Below the pieces are notes generated by a model. The model ran no database searches. It saw only the letters and a list, made by a program, of their open reading frames with translations, and had not been told where the DNA came from. A stretch of 64,000 nucleotides of DNA from Eledone cirrhosa (lineage: Eukaryota). Location of the stretch: positions 92,566,001 through 92,630,000 of the forward strand of contig OZ024740.1 in assembly GCA_964016885.1 (NCBI GenBank), in the 5' to 3' direction. Shown here in pieces: positions 57,761 to 64,000 of the stretch. A program made the translations under genes and the position numbers. How positions within the stretch are numbered: the first letter of the stretch is position 1; each line of letters begins with the position of its first letter.

Positions 57761-60299
57761 GTTTCTATACATAATGGTTGGTAAAACGATTATTTCTGAT
57801 TTTTTGTATAATTGTTTTGCGATGATTTTGAAAGACATTAATTTTGCTTATCTGGCCTATTTTTGTTTCTGTATGCCTCACTTATATACAGAAGAACACA
57901 AAGGTGTATCATTAAAAAAACGAATTAGTATGATGTACTCAATTTCCAGATATTTTTCAGTTTTCAAATGGTTGACCAAGCATTTGAACTTTAAGTTTAT
58001 CTTTGACAAAATAATCTAATGTAGAAAATTATCTGCAATGCATTTCCATTTATGGTTATGTTGGTGGGGTTGATATTTTTCACTACCGCTCCCGTGTTTT
58101 TATTTTAATATTATGTATAACTAAATCTTCAGCTGTAGATTTCAGAGCATCTAATTATTTCTGTCTGCTTTCAAATTCATTTCCCTCAGGAAGATATGTT
58201 CTGAGTATTCAAAATTTGCTCGTTTTTCGGAATAACTTTTAGATACCATAATCGCATTTTTGTTTTCGTGTAGGATTGTAATTGCTTTGGTTACGCTTTT
58301 GGGAAGATTTACCAGATAAAGAAAATGTGATATCTATTATAAAATTTCGCTTGACGATTTACTATTATCCATATCTAACACGTGCTGGATTTATCTGTCT
58401 CTCAGCTTAGTCTCTTAAAAATTTCAATTTAATACCTCTCTTTCCCATTAAGATAGAAAATATTTAGTTAGTCTGGTAGCTAGACAATATAGGCTATATG
58501 GTGAAAACCTATATTCAAAGAGAAAACATGTCCCCAAAAGAGAAGTTTTCACCAAGTATGACATTGTAAAGCATGAGCTGGAACATATGGGAAGCATGTG
58601 AGGAGCGGTACTCCAATAATGTTTTGCAAAACACAAGTGGATGAGATTGGATATCTAGGCAGAACTAAATTTCTCTATCATAAATATGCTGTGATGGGGA
58701 TATATTTCCATTTGTTTATGGTTTGATTAATGGCCGTGTTGTGTGTGAATTGTATTGTTTTTGTTGTGTTTGCAGTGCTAATGTTGCAGATGATAATGGT
58801 ATGGTTACCAGTGATAGTGATCGTGAAACTGTGATTGTTGTAACGTGGGGCCTATTGATAATATTTTTGTTTATATTTTCTTTCTAAATATTTGCTTATA
58901 TTTCTATTAAATTGGGCTTATTTCCTCATCACCTTTGTTAGGAAATAGATTGACACTCCTATTTTGGTTTCCCTCACAGCAACATATATCCGAGGTTTGG
59001 AGTTGGAGAGGGGTATAACCCGAGCATTGGGATGAATATGTTGATATTCCGGATGATTTTGTTACTATGATTGTCAAGGTAATTTGCTCGTGGGTTTTGC
59101 TACTTCAGATATTGATACTTTTGTTGCTGTTTTTTTTCTGTGTTTGTTGCAATTGTTATTGCAGTGTGTGTGACTGCTGAATGTTGTGTGGTTGACTGCT
59201 ACTTAGAATGGGTCCTTTTTGAAAGTGGGTACTGGCATCTCGCTCCTCGAGACAATTTAGTAGAAAACATTTAAGCTGGTCAAAACTCCACATGTGTGTT
59301 ATATCTACTTAATTCCATCTGTTGTCACGAGCAGATATGTACCGCTTGAAAGTGGATCATATCAATTACATTCTCTATTACCTGCTGGTTAGTTTCGATT
59401 GTAGTCTCCAACCACTCCATGCACATTTAATCCTCGACAATTGTTGTTTCGTCTACTATGACAACGGGAAATAAAACCATTAACCAGGGATTGGCTACCA
59501 GCGAACGACCCTGAGTGGTTTTTACAGTCTATATTGACTGGCCTTAATACGAATGTTACAAGTACAAAATCCTCATTCATTACATGTTTGTTAATTCAAA
59601 AATGATTTTGGAACACAAAGCGTACATCGTCCGGGGATACGGATGTGAGATTTGCGTTATGTTTCTGTTGTTGCAACCATATGTTCATCGTTGCGTATAT
59701 GTTGCATGTTAGATTGGGTATTCACGAACTCTCCGCGCCAAATTCTTTGTACGACATCTCTGGCATATTCTAATTATTCTTCATATATGGTATACTAATC
59801 CATAATATTGGTAACAACGTTTTATTACTGCAATAGCGTTGGTGTCGGTTTGTTCTCATGTTAGAAAATTGTTTTCACCTGTCCAGACGAAAATGTTGCA
59901 TGGGGCTTGGTGCAGATTTTAATGGTGTTTATTGTTGGTGGTTGTGGTGTTTAGGATGTAATTAGTTGTGCTGCTGCTGACTTGGTCTTTCATTCAATTA
60001 CTGTGATTTTGTGAAAACCTGTTCAATATGCATAATTACATATACATCAATCTCTTTTATTGGTAACCTAGAATCTTTATAGTATAATTCGTATAAAATC
60101 AATCGAATTTACAAGTGTCTATAGGAATCAATAAATTTGGATGGGACCGACCTGTTTAGAAAGATTGTTTAAAAACAATATCGAGGTCTATGGACTTATA
60201 GCGAAATGTGTTTGCAACATTACAGTCTGTTGAAATTGTATACCTCACTAATTATTCTCCCCCAAACGAACTAAAAATAGACACATCTCAGTTTATAAA

Positions 60300-60476
60300 T
60301 AATTGTTTCTACATTTGGCACAAGGCCAGCAATTATCCAGTGCATTACTGGTCCTTTATTTTATCGACCCAGTAAGGATGAAAGGCAAAGTTAGCCTGGG
60401 CGAGATTTGAACTCAGAAGATAAAGTGCTGTAACTCTATGCTGTGAAGCATGACATCCGACCCTCTACCGATATTG
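60300..60476 (-). mobile_element. SINE family A
   Basis: Homology to other copies. Confidence 0.88.
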
Positions 60477-61458
60477 CACAATGAGAGAATATAATAATAG
60501 GATCAAAGATAGTAGTTAGTAAATTAACTTGCACTGTAGGTAATCCCTCGTTTGAGTAGGCAAAATAGATACTAATGGCTGAAAGTGGTGATTGGTTGGG
60601 CAATAAAATAACAATAACAGATTATCAGAGATTATATTTTTTATCTGTAACACTAGACCCCTTTCCATTCCCTTTCGTTTCCGTTTTTAATATTTTTTCT
60701 ATTTTTTTACATTCTATTATTTCTACTCAATCTAATTTTGTTTTCTTTTTCCATTATATTGTATTTACTATTTATAAATATGAATTTCGTACGGTAAATA
60801 ATTATATACATTTAATAGAGGGTAAACGCAATCATATACGCATTTTTATGGACGACTCTCAGTTAGTACCATCTTATATTCATAATAGCCAGCTAATTTA
60901 ACACAATATATATATGCGATTTTAAATTTAGTCACTGAGCTTAAGTTATTTCAAAACTCAGGACCTCGGCTTACGGAAGTGAGTGCTGACGGTTATGAAA
61001 GGTACATCGTCAACGGATCAAGGGGGGTGCAATATATACTCAGTTTAAATTAACCACAACCTCACTATATATATTTTTATTGTAATTAAAGATATAGTAT
61101 ATGAGTCCATAGCCGCCTATATACATGATCGAGAAATATTTGTTCTATCACACATTCAAAGACACACACAAAACGTCATACAAACACACGCACACAGACA
61201 AGCACACATAATGGAAATATGTTAAAGCGCCCTGACGATATATAAATATGTCACATGTTTCTGAAAATTCTTCTCAGTAACTGATACATCACACTCCCTT
61301 TTCTTTTTCCAGCTTAATGTTCTTCTCAATATATCAGGTCTTGGCTGCTGCTCAGTTCAATATAAGCACTCACGCAAGTATGATCACTTACATATACACA
61401 AGTAATTATACATAAGATAATGCGTTACATACACATACATATATATGCATATGTATAT

Positions 61459-61540
<82 letters not shown>

Positions 61541-61541
<1 letters not shown>

Positions 61542-61730
61542 ACGAAGGAGGTGTGGTAAGGAGTCAGATGGACCATAACGCACCAGAGTACTCAAACGTT
61601 CGGTAGTAGAGTGGGTAATAGGAAAAGGTTTGACCTCGACGGCAGAGATTAAGCAGCTTCGACGGCTATTTCTGGACTCAATGAATAGCCGTCGAAACGG
61701 CTTGAGCTCTGCCGTCGGGTTCAAACTTTT

Positions 61731-61735
<5 letters not shown>
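61541..61735. mobile_element. Miniature foldback derived from the 11858-15631 PLE family terminus
   Basis: 61541-61682 homologous to 11857-12000; inverted HHR 3' half tagccgtcgaaacggcttgagctctgccgtcggg; (TA)n flanks. Confidence 0.85.
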
Positions 61736-61764
<29 letters not shown>

Positions 61765-61768
<4 letters not shown>

Positions 61769-62053
61769 TTCCGGATCCTTCTCTATTCCGGAGTGTAGAT
61801 AAAGAATGAGTAATAACAGGTAGACATCATAAAAAGGTATTTTATTCTGTGTGCTTACAAATGTTTCCACGGAGGTTATATAGCCTAATTATGCTATGTG
61901 CAAATTTATAGCTATTTCCAAAACTCAATTATCAAATGGTGTGACCACTGTATCATCAGAGCAGAATGATTAAAATGTAAAATGTAAATACCCTTAAGTG
62001 AGGTTATTGGGGAAGGTAGAGTAGAAAAGGAAGAGAGAAAAAAAGGGGAGAGG

Positions 62054-62137
<84 letters not shown>

Positions 62138-62379
62138 GATAGATGCAGGGGTTGGAGAAATGGGAGAGAGTGGTTTGTAGATATATTAATCAAAATGTTG
62201 TGGTAGGGGTTTTATTATACTGGTTACTCTTAAAGCGACAACCTTAAGCGATGCATTGATAGTCAATGTTGGAATTATTTATTGCCACAGAGAGCAGCTT
62301 CATAGATGTGGAGAGGGAGGGAGGTGGACCTAGGGCGAGAGGGAGGGAGAGAGAGAGATAAATATATAGATAGATAGAT

Positions 62380-62467
<88 letters not shown>

Positions 62468-63032
62468 TGGAGAGCGAGGGAGAGATAGAGAGGCGACAGG
62501 CGAAAGCTATGAGATGGGTGTACATAGAGTTCATCATAGTAGGCTACAAATTGCACAAAGTTTCCATTTACAGTGATAAGCAGGGTATTGTCTTGTAGTG
62601 TGGGGGAAGAGAAAGTTTTTTTAGCTAGAAAGCAATGTTATAGTTACGGGTTCGAATGTTACATTATTTTATAGTGAGAGAGCCAGTATAATAAATCCCC
62701 TAACAACATTTTGATTAAGATATCTACAAACCACCCTCTCCCATTCCTCCAACCTCTGCATATCTATCGATCTCTCTCCCTCTCCCCTTCTTTTTTCTCT
62801 TCCTTTTCTACTCTACCTTCCCCAATAATCTCACTTAAGGGTATTTACATTTTACATTTTAACCATTCTGCTCTGATGATACAGTGGTCACAGCATTTGA
62901 TAATTGAGTTTTGCAAATAGTTTTAAATTTGCACATAGCAAAACTAGGCTGTATAACCACCGTGGAAACATTTGTAAGCACACAGAATAAATTACCTTTT
63001 TATGATGTTTACCTGTTATTATTCATTCTTTA
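61765..63032. mobile_element. Non-coding PLE pLTR foldback
   Basis: About 61799-62229 inverted at about 62677-63032; HHR in each arm; (TA)n flanks. Confidence 0.85.
62869..62980 (+). ncRNA. Canonical-core hammerhead with long stem II (mirror 61852-61963 minus)
   Basis: tgct-ctgatga-tacagtggt...accaccgtg-gaaa-catttg-ta-agca. Confidence 0.8.
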
Positions 63033-63044
63033 TATATATATATA

Positions 63045-63592
63045 TATATTTGAAAAAAGGAAAAGAATGACTTCACTTGTAGTTCTAAATAATTTGATTT
63101 AATGTTATAATTGTTTCTACTCATGGCACAAGGCCAGCAATTACCCAGTGCATTACTGGTACTTTATTTTATAGATCCCGTAAGGTTGAAATGCAAAGTT
63201 AACCTGGCGGGATATGAACTCAGAATGGAAAGGGCCGTAATTTTGGCGTCAAACAATCAGGGCCCTTTCCATTCTGAGTTCAAATCCCGCCAATGTTAAC
63301 TTTGCCTTTCATCCTTACGGGGCCGATAAAATAAAGTACTAGTAATGCAATGGTTAATTGCTGGCCTTGTGCCAAAAGTAGAAACAATTATTTAATGTTA
63401 TAATACTATAATATTATGAGTTGGTAGATCTAGTAAGTTCATTGCCAACTTCGGTGGGAAGAATTTGAAAGATTCCTGGTTAACTTCCTCCAAGAAAGAT
63501 CTACCAACTCATAATATTATAATATTATGAAATTAATTCAAATTATTTACAACTACAAGTGAAGTCATTATTTTCCTTTTTTTCAAATATAT
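63045..63592. mobile_element. MITE-like foldback (about 90-bp arms) interrupted by a SINE dimer
   Basis: Left arm 63045-63111 plus 63405-63431 is the reverse complement of about 63498-63592; right-arm homolog also at 1345-1361 plus 2228-2303. Confidence 0.75.
63109..63392. mobile_element. Two 5'-truncated family A SINEs head-to-head within one 15-bp TSD
   Basis: Minus copy about 63109-63237, plus copy about 63261-63392; atttaatgttataat at 63097-63111 and 63390-63404. Confidence 0.88.
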
Positions 63593-64000
63593 TGTACCAA
63601 GGATCACACACATTTTCATATATATATATGTATGATAACAGAAGAGGCCCAACGATTTGATGAACGAACGCGACCACACAAATGATTCCGCAAACCTGCC
63701 TCGTTCCTGTATATTCTTCTACTGATGTAAACTACACTCGTTGTGTGTATCTGTGTGTCTGTGTGTGTGTGTGCACGTCTATGGAGATGTTGATTGTCCA
63801 TGTGCATAAAGGAATTGATAGACTCAGGTATGTATATACAACAGTGTTAAACTTGTGTAGACATAATAGGATTGTAGGCGTGGGGATATATTTATATCTT
63901 GGAAGATGCCACTCCCAATATGTCCATGTTTCTATGTGACAATATTATAGGTGTATCAGCTGACGTAATTGCGTATATTTCATTGGAACATTAGAATTTT

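Noticed and set aside
57800-59900. Possible ancient retroelement N-terminal or ORF1 remnants on minus
   Set aside because: Too decayed; no diagnostic motif could be read confidently
61313-61377. Possible 65-nt host exon (pyrimidine tract-AG ... GTATGA; LMFFSIYQVLAAAQFNISTHA)
   Set aside because: Splice-like signals only; no homology or partner exons recognisable; needs RNA-seq

Overview
AT-rich, microsatellite-dense animal genomic DNA with no host protein-coding gene I can support. The abundant tRNA-derived SINE and repeat landscape suggest an octopus/coleoid cephalopod (inference). Most ORF-track entries are translations of (TA)n/(CA)n/(CT)n tracts. The window is dominated by Penelope-like retroelements (PLEs; RT plus C-terminal GIY-YIG) from many families, mostly inserted in (TA)n tracts and often forming tandem or inverted pseudo-LTR (pLTR) foldbacks. 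By hand I found hammerhead ribozyme (HHR) motifs at the pLTR ends of about ten families, several with non-canonical cores (UUGANAA, CCGANGA, CAGAUGA), and one tandem retrozyme-like HHR dimer. One Neptune-like PLE has an upstream helical ORF joined to its AUG-less RT frame through a U UUU UUA -1 slippery heptamer. Also present: two SINE families (one head-to-head dimer inside a single TSD), RTE and R4/Dong LINE fragments, non-autonomous Helitrons, a MITE, an STPR-repeat remnant and a possible BRO-N/KilA-N-like relic. Coordinates and folds were read manually; element boundaries are approximate.
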